From Eledone cirrhosa (lineage: Eukaryota), in assembly GCA_964016885.1 (NCBI GenBank), contig OZ024743.1:193130001-193194000 (forward strand): a stretch of DNA of 64,000 bases, read 5' to 3'. Position 1 is the stretch's first letter. Each line of letters opens with the position of its first letter. Shown here piece after piece: positions 26,401 through 41,135 of the stretch. A model generated the notes under the pieces. It ran no database searches. It was not told the origin of the DNA and was given only the letters and a program-made list of their open reading frames with translations. Both the position numbers and the translations under genes were made by a program.

Positions 26401-26918
26401 ACCTACCTCTTATCCTGCAAACAATATGTACTAACCCCAACTTCGTGACCTACCTCTTATCCTGCAAACAATATGTACTAACCCCAACTTCATGACCTAC
26501 CTCTTATCCTGCAAACAATATGTACTAACCCCAACTTCATGACCTACCTCTTATCCTGCAAACAATATGTACTAACCCCAACTTCATGACCTACCTCTTA
26601 TCCTGCAAACAATATGTACTAACCCCAACTTCATGACCTACCTCTTATCCTGCAAACAATATGTACTAACCCCAACTTCATGACCTACCTCTTATCCTGC
26701 AAACCATATGTACTAACCCCAACTTCATGACCTACCTCTTATCCTGCAAACAATATGTACTAACCCCAACTTCATCACCTACCTCTTATCCTGCAAACCA
26801 TATGTACTAACCCCAACTTCATGACCTACCTCTTATCCTGCAAACAATATGTACTAACCCCAACTTCATGACCTACCTCTTATCCTGCAAACCATATGTA
26901 CTAACCCCAACTTCATGA
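23490..26918. repeat. 47-bp tandem array, ~73 copies
   Basis: Unit TACCTCTTATCCTGCAAACAATATGTACTAACCCCAACTTCATGACC; two recurrent variants (ctctt/ctttt and acaat/accat); no spacers. Confidence 0.97.
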
Positions 26919-27274
26919 TGTCACCTACCAATTTTCTTATATTACATATATCAAATTTTCTATAATCTAGAGCTAGACAAAACTCCATAACAATACACAC
27001 ACAAAAATAGAATAGTATCAATGCAGCCAACGGTAGCATCACTACCACTAAAATAATCATTGATAATAAGAGAGCTTGAGCCTTTACGTGGTTGCTTCAC
27101 ATGCTAGAAATCTCCACTGAATCACACAATTACCTTTAAAAAAGGGAAAGGAGGAGGTGGTGGATAATGTAGTTCTAGATACACTATATTGGTGGGGAGG
27201 CATGGTTTGTGTTGCTTAATCAGAATTGAGCTGGAACTAACCCCCTGGGTCTCAAGATGCACACACACACAGAT

Positions 27275-28625
27275 ATCATCATCATCATTTTACGTCCGCT
27301 TTTCCCTGCTTGCAAGGGTGGGACGTGTCTTATTCAGCACAGCATCTCTCCACTCGTCACGGTCCTTCGTCATCTCCACCGTGAGCTTCAACGATCTGAG
27401 GTCTGTTCTCACCACCTCTGCCCATGTTTTTCGTGGTCTACCTCTACCACGTCTTCCTTCAACTGGCATTTCCTGGCACTTCTTCACCCATCGGTCATAC
27501 TCCATGCGCATCACATGTCCATACCACCTCAGTCTCCTCTCCTGTACACTACATTCTATCTCTCTCAACACATTCATGTTGGGTCGTTCACGCACATTTA
27601 CACTGCACATCCAACGGAGCATGCTTGCCTCATTTCTCTCCAGCCGTCGCATATCCTCTGCAGTTGCTGCCCATGTCTCACTACCATGCAGCATCGCGCT
27701 CCTCACACAGGCATCATACAACCGGCCTTTCGTACGCAGGGAGAAACCCTTCTTCGTCAGCAGAGGAAGCAGCTCCCTAAACTTCTTCCAACCCGTCCTT
27801 ATTCTAGATACTATGGCCTTGGAACACCCTCCTCCCATGCTAATCTGATCTCCTAGGTACCGGAAGCTATCCACCACTTCTATAGCGCCCTCCTGCATTT
27901 GAAAAAAATGTGTCTATCAATGCGACTTCTACTGTCTAATTTCCCTGCACATCAGCATACATATTTCTCCCTACCTGTTAGTTTGCCTGCTATCTCGCTA
28001 CATCTCTTGTGTACCCAGGATCTGCATTGTGTGCATTTTATAGAATTTATGCCAGTTCCTTTTCTGCATATCAAACATGGCCATTTCCCTGACGGAATCA
28101 GAGTTTTTGTCCTCTTTTCTACTCATCAACACTTTTGTCTTAGCTAGGTTCACTCTCAGTCCTCTTGCTTCCAATTGCTGTTTCCATAGCCAGAATTTAT
28201 TCTCTAGCTCCTCTACTGATTCTGCTATAAGAACCAGATCATCAGCATAGGGAAGTTCCCATGGACAGCCAGTCTTAAACTCCTCTGTTATGGCTTGGAG
28301 GACTATAATGAACAAGAGCGGGCTGAGGACCGAACCTTGATGTACTCCTACTTGTATCTGTCACTAAACTCAATTCCTACCCTGACTTTACTGAGAGTAC
28401 CTCTGTACAAAGTTTGCACTGTCCTCACAAGCCATTCCTCAACACCTAGCTTCCTTAGGGACCACCAGATGACAGATCGGGGTACCCTATCAAAGGCCTT
28501 CTCTAGGTCAACAAAGGCTAAGTATAGTGGCTTATTTTTTTCTAAGAAACTCTCTTGCAATTGTCTCACCAAGAAGAGGGCATCTGTTGTACGCTTCCCA
28601 GGCACAAAACCAAACTGCATCTCAT
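27275..28625 (-). mobile_element. 5'-truncated RTE LINE (short-3'UTR subfamily), frameshifted
   Basis: EMQFGF..AFVDLEKAFDRVPR..YADDL..FRYLG..RLRWYGHV..RPTLASREKRT*, followed directly by a (TGA)n tail. Confidence 0.92.
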
Positions 28626-29766
28626 ATATATATATATATAATAAGGAGTTGACGGACCCAGCATATTTAACAATGCCATATATATATATAATACAAAACC
28701 TTTTAAAATATTTTATATAGTTGAAATAAATGTGTGAGTGCACACACATACACATGAATAAACACACACATATATATATATGTTTTCCAAAAGAAAACAA
28801 TGAGTGTATTGTGTAATTGTAACCAATAACTGTATCTTAAGAGTTGATTGAATTACACACACACACAGCATCCAAAATAAGGCTTTTACATTGATTCAAA
28901 TGTGGTTTCCTCTCTTTGCTTTTCCTCTTGCTCTTCTCAACTCACTAGCTATATATCTCCTTCCTATATATATATATTCTCCTCTAATCATTACTCATAC
29001 TGTGTCCCATCTTTTTCACCCTGTATCAGCCACTTCAGTCAATTCTTCCATTCCAGAACAGTAATATCTATATTTCTCTTCATCCAGCCATTCTACAATT
29101 TTCCTGCAGTTAAAGATTGACATATATGTAAAGTAAGCATCAGCCATATATCAATCTCACCAATCTGGGAAGGTCTGGAGAATTCATAGGCACTGTACAC
29201 CCACCTCTTAAGTAAATTACAGAAAAAGAAAGACACAAGCATACATATATTCATGCACATGCATTTATGTATTCAACTACTTGGTTATAAAATCCATCAA
29301 AATGAAACAGTTGAACCAATACGAGATATTGTTTGTCACATTAATAAGTCTAATGATACTCTACTGAAAAAATGTGAAAACATGATTTAATAATTAGAAT
29401 ATAAAAAAAAAAAAATGCAATGCAAGAAATTTCCAGTACTGGAAGAAATAAATAACTTGTCTATAAATCAATAAACTAAGTCAGTTTGCTAGAAATAGTC
29501 AACTCTTTAAATTACACCCTATGATCTTGAAAGGGTAAGAACACATTAGATAATATAGTCATAAAAATGTAATTCTCAAGAGAAGGATAGGATGGTTATG
29601 GTTAGAGCGTCTTTGAGCCTAGGTCACACACTTTAGCCAAAAATTTGACGAAGATGAACACTTTATACATAAATAGCTGGTGCAGAGTGGCTGAAATGAT
29701 GCAGGTGCACTGAAAGCTACAATAGGTATATAATTCATGATTCCTAAATTAACTGCTCATATATAT

Positions 29767-31582
<1,816 letters not shown>

Positions 31583-32574
31583 GAGTTATTGAAAGTAGAA
31601 GAGTCTACTAATATTTTGGCAAGGTGCGTTAAGCTCAATGTGTTATTCAGGCTTAAAACATGCAGGAATGAAAGTCCAGGGTGTACTCCAAAGGGTTATG
31701 ATATTGATAGATGAAGACAGTGAAAGCCACAGAGAAATAATGGATACAAAAGAAAACCAAGATTGTTACTTGAATTCAATCTTTAATTTCTACAATTGTT
31801 TCTATGAGGATAGATGTAGCACCAGTACAAAGGAAGTTTATGATAGGATGTCCATTTTTACATGTAATTTTAAATGTTATTGTTTTTGCCATGCATTAGT
31901 GACTTTCAAATCCATCCAAGTCCCTCTCTGATGGTATTGTTTCTTACAATATAACTTTCCCCAAAATACTTATATTAATACACTACTCTCTAATTACACA
32001 ACTCACCTACTTATATATTTCTTATGTGTTCTTCTCACTATTTGAATGCTTGCCTTTGTATTTTCTTGATCTCTTAAAGTAACTCGATGGATTGATCTAC
32101 ATTCTTAATGAGATGAGGCTAGATGCTTTTGTACCATATAAATTACTAGAATTTTTTCCATATGTGTATATGCGTGTATGTGCATATGCATACATTTATA
32201 TGTATGAATATATAAATATAAACATGCAAATACACACACGCTTACAAAAATACTCTCACACAGACATACATTAACACAAATACACATACATTCGCACAAA
32301 CACACACAATGCAGTTTTTTTCACCATCCCCTTCTCTTCTTTTACACACACATACATTCACACAGGCAGCAGATGTAAAGAGAGAGGAGTAGTATGAGCT
32401 AGTCAAACTAGTCTTCTCTCTTCACATGTCGTGACAGAATCGCAGAAATTAATGGTGCTACATCTATGCTCATAGAAACGATTGTAGGAATTAGATTGAA
32501 TTCTATTAACAACCTTGGTTTCTTTTTGTATTGATTACACACACACACATATATATATATATATACACACTCAC

Positions 32575-33230
32575 AAGGTTTGTCCCAAAAGTAAGGGTAT
32601 TGATGTTTTATTTTAATTAACTGTCTGTCCTGGAGGTAAAAATTCTTTGTGAACAATACCTCGGCTGTCAAAAAAATGATAATCATTGTTTTCACCTTGG
32701 ATCTGCTCAAGCGTGCTTTCTTCAGATTAGGAGCATTTTTCATGTGCTACTCCTTACTTTGCTGTTTTGTCGTTGGATCATATTTGAACACCCATGATTC
32801 ATCTGTTATTACTTTATCCAAGAAATTTGGTTCAATTTGGAGCCTTTCTAGCAAATCTTGACATATTTCCAAATGGTTCCCTTTTTGCTCCTCAGACAAG
32901 AGTTGGGTATTAGTTTTGCACAAATTTTTCACACATGCAAATGTTCTGTTAAAATTCTGTCGTCTGCATTTTTCTCCAAGTCCATTTTTTCTGCAATCAT
33001 CCTAACACTAAATTAGTGATCTTTTGTCATCACCACTCTCACCACTTCAACATTTTGTTTATTTGTTGATGAGATTGGCCTTCCAGAACACAGTTTGTCT
33101 TCAACATTTTCTTGGACTTCTTTGAAAGCTTTGTGCCACTTAGAAACCTTACTTCTCAATAGAGTAGCATCTCCATAAGCTTTATGGTCGGTACCAACAC
33201 AAGATTGCCTTGATACAAGGTGCAATCAAG
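32575..33230 (-). mobile_element. mariner transposase relic
   Basis: AYGDATL..WHKAFK..EDKLCSGRP, FLDKVITDESWVFKYDP..KQQS, KKARLSRSKVKTMIIIF. Confidence 0.85.
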
Positions 33231-33799
33231 AGTGAAAATAGAAGGGGTGTGGTGGCTAAAGGGGACATTAGAGAGGTTGCCTGTTTCAAGGTAAATGTGA
33301 TGAAGAGTAAAGATGGGCAAGTGTAATGGCTAAGGTGGACATAGATGTATAGTTATGCGTGTGGTGGGGGAGATAGCGATGAGGTTGAATATGTAACAGC
33401 AGGAAAAATGCAGAGAGGAAAGACTTTAATTTTTAATGTGATGCAGTCCTAGTGCTGTTTTATACTTTTCTAGGATGACTTGCTAATGCAGCTTGATGTG
33501 TTATAGAGTCTTAAGAGTTAAACATCTGAGAGTTAAGTTCAGTACCACTGATGTAACAATAGAATATTTCAGCAGCTTTACACTCAGGATAGAAGATTGA
33601 AACAGCAGCAATAATTTGATTAAATTGAATTTGGTTTGAGGCTTCAACACCTTGTCATCAGCCTTATTCTATTTTTTACCAATAAAGAGAAAGAAGGTAT
33701 AAGATGACTGTTTTCATTAACACAACTGACAACTGTAGCATTGACTCAATCCTGTGAATCAAAATTAAGGTGTATGTAATAAATGTAGTGAAGACTTAC

Positions 33800-33966
33800 T
33801 GTTTTTTGAATATCAGAGATGTGTAAGACTCTGACGGGCCCATCCATGAGAACTCTGACACTCAGGAAGCCAGAACCAGGCCGCTGCTTTTGGCGGGAAA
33901 TTTGCATGTGAAGTGGGATAGTCTTCAATATCGGGGAAGGTATCGGACCAAGTAGCGTTATAGCAT
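33800..33966 (-). CDS. VPS13D: VPS13D exon (DAITLLGP...RPGSGFLSVRVLMDGPVRVLHISDIQKT)
   Basis: tttaaag acceptor, gtaagt donor; 167 nt, phase 1-0. Confidence 0.93.
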
Positions 33967-34534
33967 CTTTAAAAAACAAATTCAAGCGAATGATTTATTA
34001 GATTTTTAAATAAAGAGACTGTAAACAATTGTATGAAATATTATTTTAAGTAAATATATATAATTAAGACCATATATGTCTCAACTAGAACATAAACAAA
34101 TCTAAACCAAACCTATGCCATCCATAAATCTAAGCAACTATAAACCACAATCCTACAATCAACCCTACCCGTATGCCTAAATTTTAGGCATGTTTAAGAT
34201 ATTTCTGTAAAAATCTAGTCTGAGGACAATACTAAAAGAAATCTTTTAGCAGTTAAACTAGCTATATCCGGCCAGAATTCTCTCACCTCTTTTTGTTCAA
34301 ACAGGTCGTAACTGGCCACTGATACTGATGTTATGGTATTGTTCTCAAAATAAAAAATATCAAAATCTCATAGATTTGGTATTATAATTATGTGAAGTAA
34401 AGCTTTTACTGTGAAAATATAATAGTATATATAGAGTAATGTAAATGCTAAAGGATTAAATCTCATGGATAAAATGCCAAATGGTATGGAGATAATTTTT
34501 AAAGACTTTTTCAAAGAGGAGAAAATGTATGTTG

Positions 34535-34822
34535 ATCCTTTTGATACCAAACCACCTGAAACCCTCCTGGTTTTTATTAAAAAACTATATATTTTAAAGC
34601 ATTTATCATCATCACTGTCAGCACCCTTTAATGTCCATTTAAATGATAATGATAATATAAATTTATCTAAAAACCTTCAAACATAATTTTACATGAGATC
34701 CAACTTAATTATGATAAAGTTGGCTATATTACTAAATTTCTTCAAATTCTTGATTATTTCCAAAATTATTTGAAAATTATAAGCAGTATCTTTGATTAGA
34801 ATTATGGTAATCAAAGGGTTAA
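34535..34822. mobile_element. TTAA-type MITE family 2; related copies at ~16200-16384, 20075-20320, 42343-42589 and 52058-52299
   Basis: Termini resembling CCCTTTTGATACCA...AAAGGG/TTAA and shared internal aaattcttgattatttt. Confidence 0.6.
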
Positions 34823-35482
34823 ACTGATATGGATGACTGATAGCAAATAAACTTTAGTTCTCCATTTCTATTTAAATGTGTAGAGAAAAAAAAGTTATTT
34901 TTGAAACATTGTTAGATTAAAATATAAATAAACATAGAAGATAAACATTTTTTTTCTTTCAAATACAATAACTATCATCATCATCATTATCATCACTGCT
35001 TTACATAATTTTACATAATTCCTTATTCAAGTTTCAGAATTGTCTTAAATAAAGTTCACCACATGTCATAAAGTGACAGTGGGCTGCTCTCAAACCAATA
35101 TGCCTTGCATTGTTGATGTCTATAGTTAGTTACAAAGTTCCTAGCTTTAAGTAATTCATTACAAGTGCTATCAACCTTTAACTAACTTTATATCATGTTA
35201 CCACCCAACACCTGCTCAACCAGATGAAATGTATTTGTTCTACATTCCTACAATACTTAATATATTGTGAAAATATAGAAAGACTACTGATCATCATCAT
35301 CATTTAATGTTTGGAATCAAAAGGGTTAATGCTATTTACTTTATTGTTCATTTTGAAAATATTCGTTTCAACATATACTAAATATATTTTCAATTAGACC
35401 TTTTCTGATGGCTTGTAAACTCATGTTTACAATAAAACCATATTCAGAAAATATGGGAAACCATGAAGAAATTATGACTGAC

Positions 35483-35552
35483 CGTGTTGTAGTCCATTGG
35501 TATCAACAGCTTGAACACACATTGTTCCATTGGCACAGGTTAACAAACCAGT
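35483..35552 (-). CDS. VPS13D: VPS13D exon (TGLLTCANGTMCVQAVDTNGLQH)
   Basis: tattttag acceptor, gtcagt donor; 70 nt, phase 0-1. Confidence 0.88.
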
Positions 35553-36154
35553 CTAAAATAAAAAAAGAAACAAGTCATATATTGTGAACATTCAGTTGAC
35601 TTAAGAAATATTGGGAAGATTTGATACAAGTAAAATTCCATTATAACAAATTTTTCAGTACAACAACATTTTTTCAATCTCCGAGGTTATAACAAACAAA
35701 CACTCGATTTGTTTTGGATGATCTCATTATAAAGAATTTTTCGTTAGAATAAATTTTTTTTTATACCCCGTGAATTTCATTATAACAGAATTTCACTGTA
35801 TTTGAAATGTAGTTGTCTAAAAGGTAAATGACTATGACAATAGTCAATTAATGTAAATAATAGTGGATTGAGTTAAGTGTCTCTGGAAACAGAAACAAGT
35901 GAACAGAAGTACCTGAGAAGAATTGAACCTTACATCTTGCAGGGATGTTGGGTTTAACCCATTAGCCTTTAAACTGGCCATATCCAGCCAGAATTCTCTC
36001 ACCTTTTTCTGTTCAAACTAGCCATAAATGACCAATCATACTGATGTCAAGGTATTGTTTTCAAAATAAATAATATCAAAATCTCATAAATTCGATATTA
36101 TGTGAGATAATTATGCCTTCACCACAAAAATACAATAGTATATATATATATAAA

Positions 36155-39100
36155 ATAATAATAATGAAATAATAATAATGAAATTATTGAGTTGCCAGTC
36201 TGAGATCCATTGTTGCATTGTGTCCAGGTCAGACTGCAAGCAAGATCTATAGTGTTCAGGATCTGTCCTCTTTATCTCAAGGTACAGCTTGATGTCGTCT
36301 GCGTACTTTAGTACTGTGGCATTCCTTAAGTTGGCATCTATGTCATCAATATATGCCACAAACAAAAGGGGGCCAAGAACAGATCCCTGTGGTACACCAG
36401 ATGACATCTCATATGGTGAGGAATGCTGTCCCAGAACCGTGACTACCTCTCTTCGACTGAGAATGAAGGACTTCAACCAGTTAAAAAGATCATCCTTCAC
36501 ACCCATTGCAGAGAGTTTTGCCATAAGCCTTTTGTGTGGCACAGAATTGAAGGCCTTCGCAAAGTCAAGGTAAACAACATCCACCCATGAGCCGCCATCA
36601 GTGATCCGGGTGATGTCCTCAAGAAACTCTATAACTATAAGTTGATCACAGCAGCTGGAGTTGGGGATAAATCCAAATTGTGAGGGCCGGATAAGACTGT
36701 GAGAGCTCCAGAAGTTCCAAAGTGTTTCCCTGACACAGGATTCCATCAGTTTGGCGATGCAACTAGTAAGACTGACTGGACGATAGTTCATAGGTGATGT
36801 GCGGTCACCCTTTTTAAACAGAGGAATGACACTGGCAGTTTTCCACTGTTCTGGAGTAGCACTGTTGTTCAGACAGAATTGGAAGAAGCGTGATAACTGG
36901 TGTAGAAGGAAGTACCCACCACGTTTAAGAAGCAGGTATGTAACACCATCAAGACCAGGAGAGGCATTTTTTGTCACCTGTTTGAGGTGGTTGGACGATC
37001 TATTTCGCCTCTTCCTATTAATGTCTGATTTGTGAAGTTTGTACTCACGTTCAGCATTGCGCCGTTCTTTTCTGGCAAGACAGACTGCTGCAGTCTCCCA
37101 AATTGCGCTTTTGGGATGTTTTTTCTGCTTACGTGGCACCGATGCTGCACATGCTGTCCATATTGAGCTCAGGATGTTCTGGAGTACAGTGTTGACATCT
37201 CCAGAGTCGTAGAACTCAAGCCAGTTTGGCCGTTGCAACTCGGTGCAGTAACAGTTCCAGTGTGCTTTATTCCAGTCAAAGTGAGCAGTTTGGAGATGGT
37301 TGTGGTTCTTGTTACTGCCCATGAGGGATAGATTGGCAATGAACATAGCATGATCAGAGTCACCTAAAGGTTCCTCAGCAGTAACACTAATGACCGTTTC
37401 AGGAGTAGTGGTGAAGAGTAGGTCCAAACTCGAGTCCAGCACCAGCTCAAGGAAGTCATTTGCACTTGGCGGCCAACGAAAGGTCTCCCAGTCAATCTCA
37501 GGGTGATTGAAGTCACCTGCAATGAAAACATAAGTGGCTGTCTTCCTGGCAGCAGCTCTGAGGATATCACAAAGTTGAGTGTCCTGATGGTAATTTGGGG
37601 GACAGTAAACGACTCCAAGTAGCAGTGTTGACATGGTCATACGTATATCGCAGAAAAAAACTTCCTGCTGTGATTGGTTCAAATCAGCACAAGGAATTGC
37701 CGACAGATTTGACTCAACGTAGACCATTACACCACCACCACGCCGATTAATGTGGTCTTTACGAAACAGGTTGTAGCCAGTCATGCTGAAAACCCCATCA
37801 CAGAGTAAGGGATGTGCCCAAGTTTCCGTGACTGTAATGAAGTCCGGGTTGATACTTTTGATGTAGGAGTCAAAAAGATGAATCTTATTGCATAGACTAC
37901 GTGCATTCAAGGACAACAATTTGTACTTTGATTCCAGTCTATGATTATGTGCAGAGGATGGCAGGTTGTTCTGATTTAGTTTCCCAGAGTTTTTTCAGTT
38001 TCTTTATTGTCAGTTGTTGTGGGTACAGTGTTTTCAGACCAGCTGGTGTCTCTTTTCCATGATTCGCCAGCCTTAACAAACTTCCATATCTGCCCATCAT
38101 CTCGTAGGCTGAAGCTTTCATGTTCTGCCGAGCTGCGGTTTAGGGAAGCTGCAGCACGCAACTTTGGGGGGACATCAGGTGGAAGACCAGGACGTGTTCG
38201 GAAAGCAATCCGACTTTCACGCCTAGCTTTATCAGAGGCTACAAGGTATGAACGTGCCTCAGTTGAGTTTGAAAACGACAGTCTAATTAACCTGGGTTTC
38301 GGGCCTGGTCGGCCAAGGCGTAGAGCACCCTTTGCGGGAGCACAGCCCAGGTCTTTGGATGAACTGGCAGCAAATGCCTGAAGATCAACTATGTCTTCCG
38401 GCACACCAATGGCAATCACTTCGTGGTTTGCAGATTCAGTGGCATTCTCAATGCGTCTAGGTTCAACATGAGGTACGCGGAGATTTTTTAACAAGGCACT
38501 CCGGTAAGATCCCTCATTGTGGGGTTCTACACGAACGCTTGATTTTATTTCCGCTATTTCTTGACTTAAAGCGGAAATCATTTGCCGTATTTCCTCAAAC
38601 TCCATATTGACGGTCGGTTTTTGTTGTTGTTCTTCTTCAACAGGCATGGTAGAAGACACAGTCGTCGGTTGTTGTTGAAAAGTAACGGGTGAGGAAGACT
38701 GGGTTGCTGTTGTTGATGAAGTCCTTCAACGGGGGTAGTAGCAGAAGCTACGGTCGTTAGTTTTTGCTGTTGTTCAGGAACAATGGTAGAGGAAGACACG
38801 ATCCTCGGTTTTTGTTGTTGTTGTTCGGGAACAATGGTAGAAGACACGATCTTCGGTCTTTGTTGTTGTTGTTGTTCCGCAGCAATGGGAGAAGCAGGCA
38901 TACAGTCCAGGCACTGAAAGGACCAGTTTGTTAGCTGGACCATCTCCCAGAGTCTATCCATCGTAGCAATATGATGTTTCTTATTTTGGCCTGGGATCTT
39001 CCGGAAGCCTGTGGCGCATTGAAGGCAGACAGAGATGCGACAGGTTCCACATTCGACCCAACGATTACGGAACGAGTTTTCGGGTTCTGTACAGATATGG

Positions 39101-39982
39101 CAGGTGTGATCTTCTGGGCAATGTTCTATTTTGGAACATCGGCCAGTTTTGTCGCATATTTCATCGATGGATATCACCATGGCAATTTTGTTATTTCTAC
39201 CCATCCGTAGAAAAACACAGAATGTAAACAATATAGGTTTAGCGCACTTGATTACGATAGAAATAAAATGTCTGTTTTTTTGTGTATTTTATTTCCGTTT
39301 TCCTAAGTGTTGTGTGTGTACAGAAGAGTCTGTGCATGTAAACAAATAAATATGCTGTGTAAGTTAAATGAAACGTACTGTAGAAGGCAGTTGTTTATTA
39401 ACAGCGAAATAACGTTTTTTTTTTCCTGATACTGCTTCTTTATAATAAACTTTCAATAATATTTTTTTCAAATTATTAACTTTCAGCTGCTAGTATATAT
39501 ATAATTAAAAGGTGTATGTGGGTTAGAAGCGAAGTCAATGTTAAGAAATATTTTACCAATGTAAATTGGTAAAATTGGCCGGTATAGTGTCTCACACGAA
39601 ATAGTGTGGTTTCTTTTCACGTGTGTGTATATGCATATGGTATATATCTGTATATAAATCTGTGTGTATATTGTTGTTTATATGTTTTGTGGAGTACTTA
39701 CTGTGATCCTTAAGGGATGTGGTGATTTGTTTTGTTTTTTTCCTTTTTCGCCGTCCATGTCCACACGTGGTTTGTTGGCGAAAATCAAGTCAAATTATAT
39801 ACACTTCGTTAAGATAATTCTATCTTGAAACTGGTACTAGTTGTCAGGGAACAGTCAAAGTAATTGTAATAATGAATATTGTAATCCCTCTGACGTGTTT
39901 AAAGGGCAGTTTTTGGTGAAAATATTATATTTTGTTTGGTCAAGACGTGGTCAAGTGACCTTCCTTGTCGCCATTACCCATG
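36155..39982 (-). mobile_element. CR1-group LINE: ORF1 (PHD finger, Gln-rich repeats, coiled coil; 39231-37976 with one frameshift) and ORF2 APE-RT with internal deletions
   Basis: ORF2 motifs SLNARSL, VTETW, GDFNHP, SDH, NYRPVSLTS, YLDFAKAF, SGVPQGSVLGPLLF, YADD; ORF1 CHIC..CGTC..CLQC..CLDC. Limits set by the split MITE on either side. Confidence 0.88.
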
Positions 39983-40084
39983 TAATAATATATATAGAAT
40001 AATGTAAATGCTATGTGCTAACAGCTTACTGTTGCACTATGGAAGAAATTTCAGGAAGTGTATGCTATGATGAAGACAACTTAC

Positions 40085-40306
40085 ACGAGTGAACTTCCAT
40101 AATTGCGTTGTTCGCCTGCGCTCATCAGGTTTTCGAAGGATAAGTGGTACGCATTTACCAGGTTGAGGTGCAATGTCAGAAATATCCAATACAAGGCCTA
40201 ATACATTGCCAGTAACTTTCCCAGGTTCTTGAGGTGGGGCTGAACCTTCATTCTCTAGCATTCCTTCACCGGTCATACGCCACAGCTGAGACCGCTTGCC
40301 AAGCTC
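40085..40306 (-). CDS. VPS13D: VPS13D exon (ELGKRSQLWRMTGEGML...RRRTTQLWKFTR)
   Basis: tgacag acceptor, gtaagt donor; 222 nt, phase 0-0; QLW repeats of the ricin-B-like region. Confidence 0.95.
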
Positions 40307-40506
40307 CTGTCATGAAAGGAAGAAAATGTTACAGATTATAAGAAATCTTGCTGTTTAAAATATAGCAACATGAAAAAAAAAAAAGAAGCTAAGGAATAGT
40401 AGCGGAGAGAGTATGGGCAGGGTGGCGTGATAAATTAGTCCCCCCCACCCCACACACACCCCAAAAAAGTAAGAAAAAACAAAACATTAAAAAAAAATTC
40501 ACTAAC

Positions 40507-40603
40507 TTTTCTTTTAAACACAATCCGAGTGCTAATAGCATCGAGAACTAATTCTCCATTGTTGCGATCAGGATGACTGGCTGAGCTCTTGAGATGGAGT
40601 TCT
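40507..40603 (-). CDS. VPS13D: VPS13D exon (ELHLKSS...GELVLDAISTRIVFKRK)
   Basis: tttccag acceptor, gttagt donor; 97 nt, phase 2-0. Confidence 0.9.
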
Positions 40604-41135
40604 CTGGAAATACAATAATAAATGCAAGAGTATGAGAAAAACAAACTGTTTTTAACTAAATAGAACTTGTGAATAACTACTGAAGTTTGAACTAAACAAC
40701 ATCACTCTGGGAAGGATTACATCTGTCTAAATTATTGAAATTATATTTTTCTTGGTAAGGAGCAGTTGGCAAGTTTTGAACACATCAACTTTCAATCAGG
40801 TATCTAAACTTTTAAAAACTCCATATGAATTGCAATTTACTTAATTAACCAGTGTCATTAAAAGTCAAGTTTGTAGCTTATTAAAAAGCTTGCTATGTAG
40901 AATTTGTTTGCCCCTACAATAAAGTACCTTATTTCATATGCCTCAATTGATCTGACTGAAAAATATGTATGGTTTATCAAAATTAACTGAGTTGCACAAA
41001 TAAAAAAAATGATATTTGCCATTATGTGTGAGTAATTTTGTGCTATAAACAACTACAATTTCAGACCTACTGGAAGTTGCAAAACAAAATATCTTGTAGC
41101 TTAATTAAAACATTTTCATATATGTATAGGAGTGT

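Noticed and set aside
23490-26918. CRISPR array or telomeric repeat
   Set aside because: Units are contiguous with no unique spacers and no cas genes, in a eukaryotic intron; TAACCCC occurs only once per 47-bp unit.
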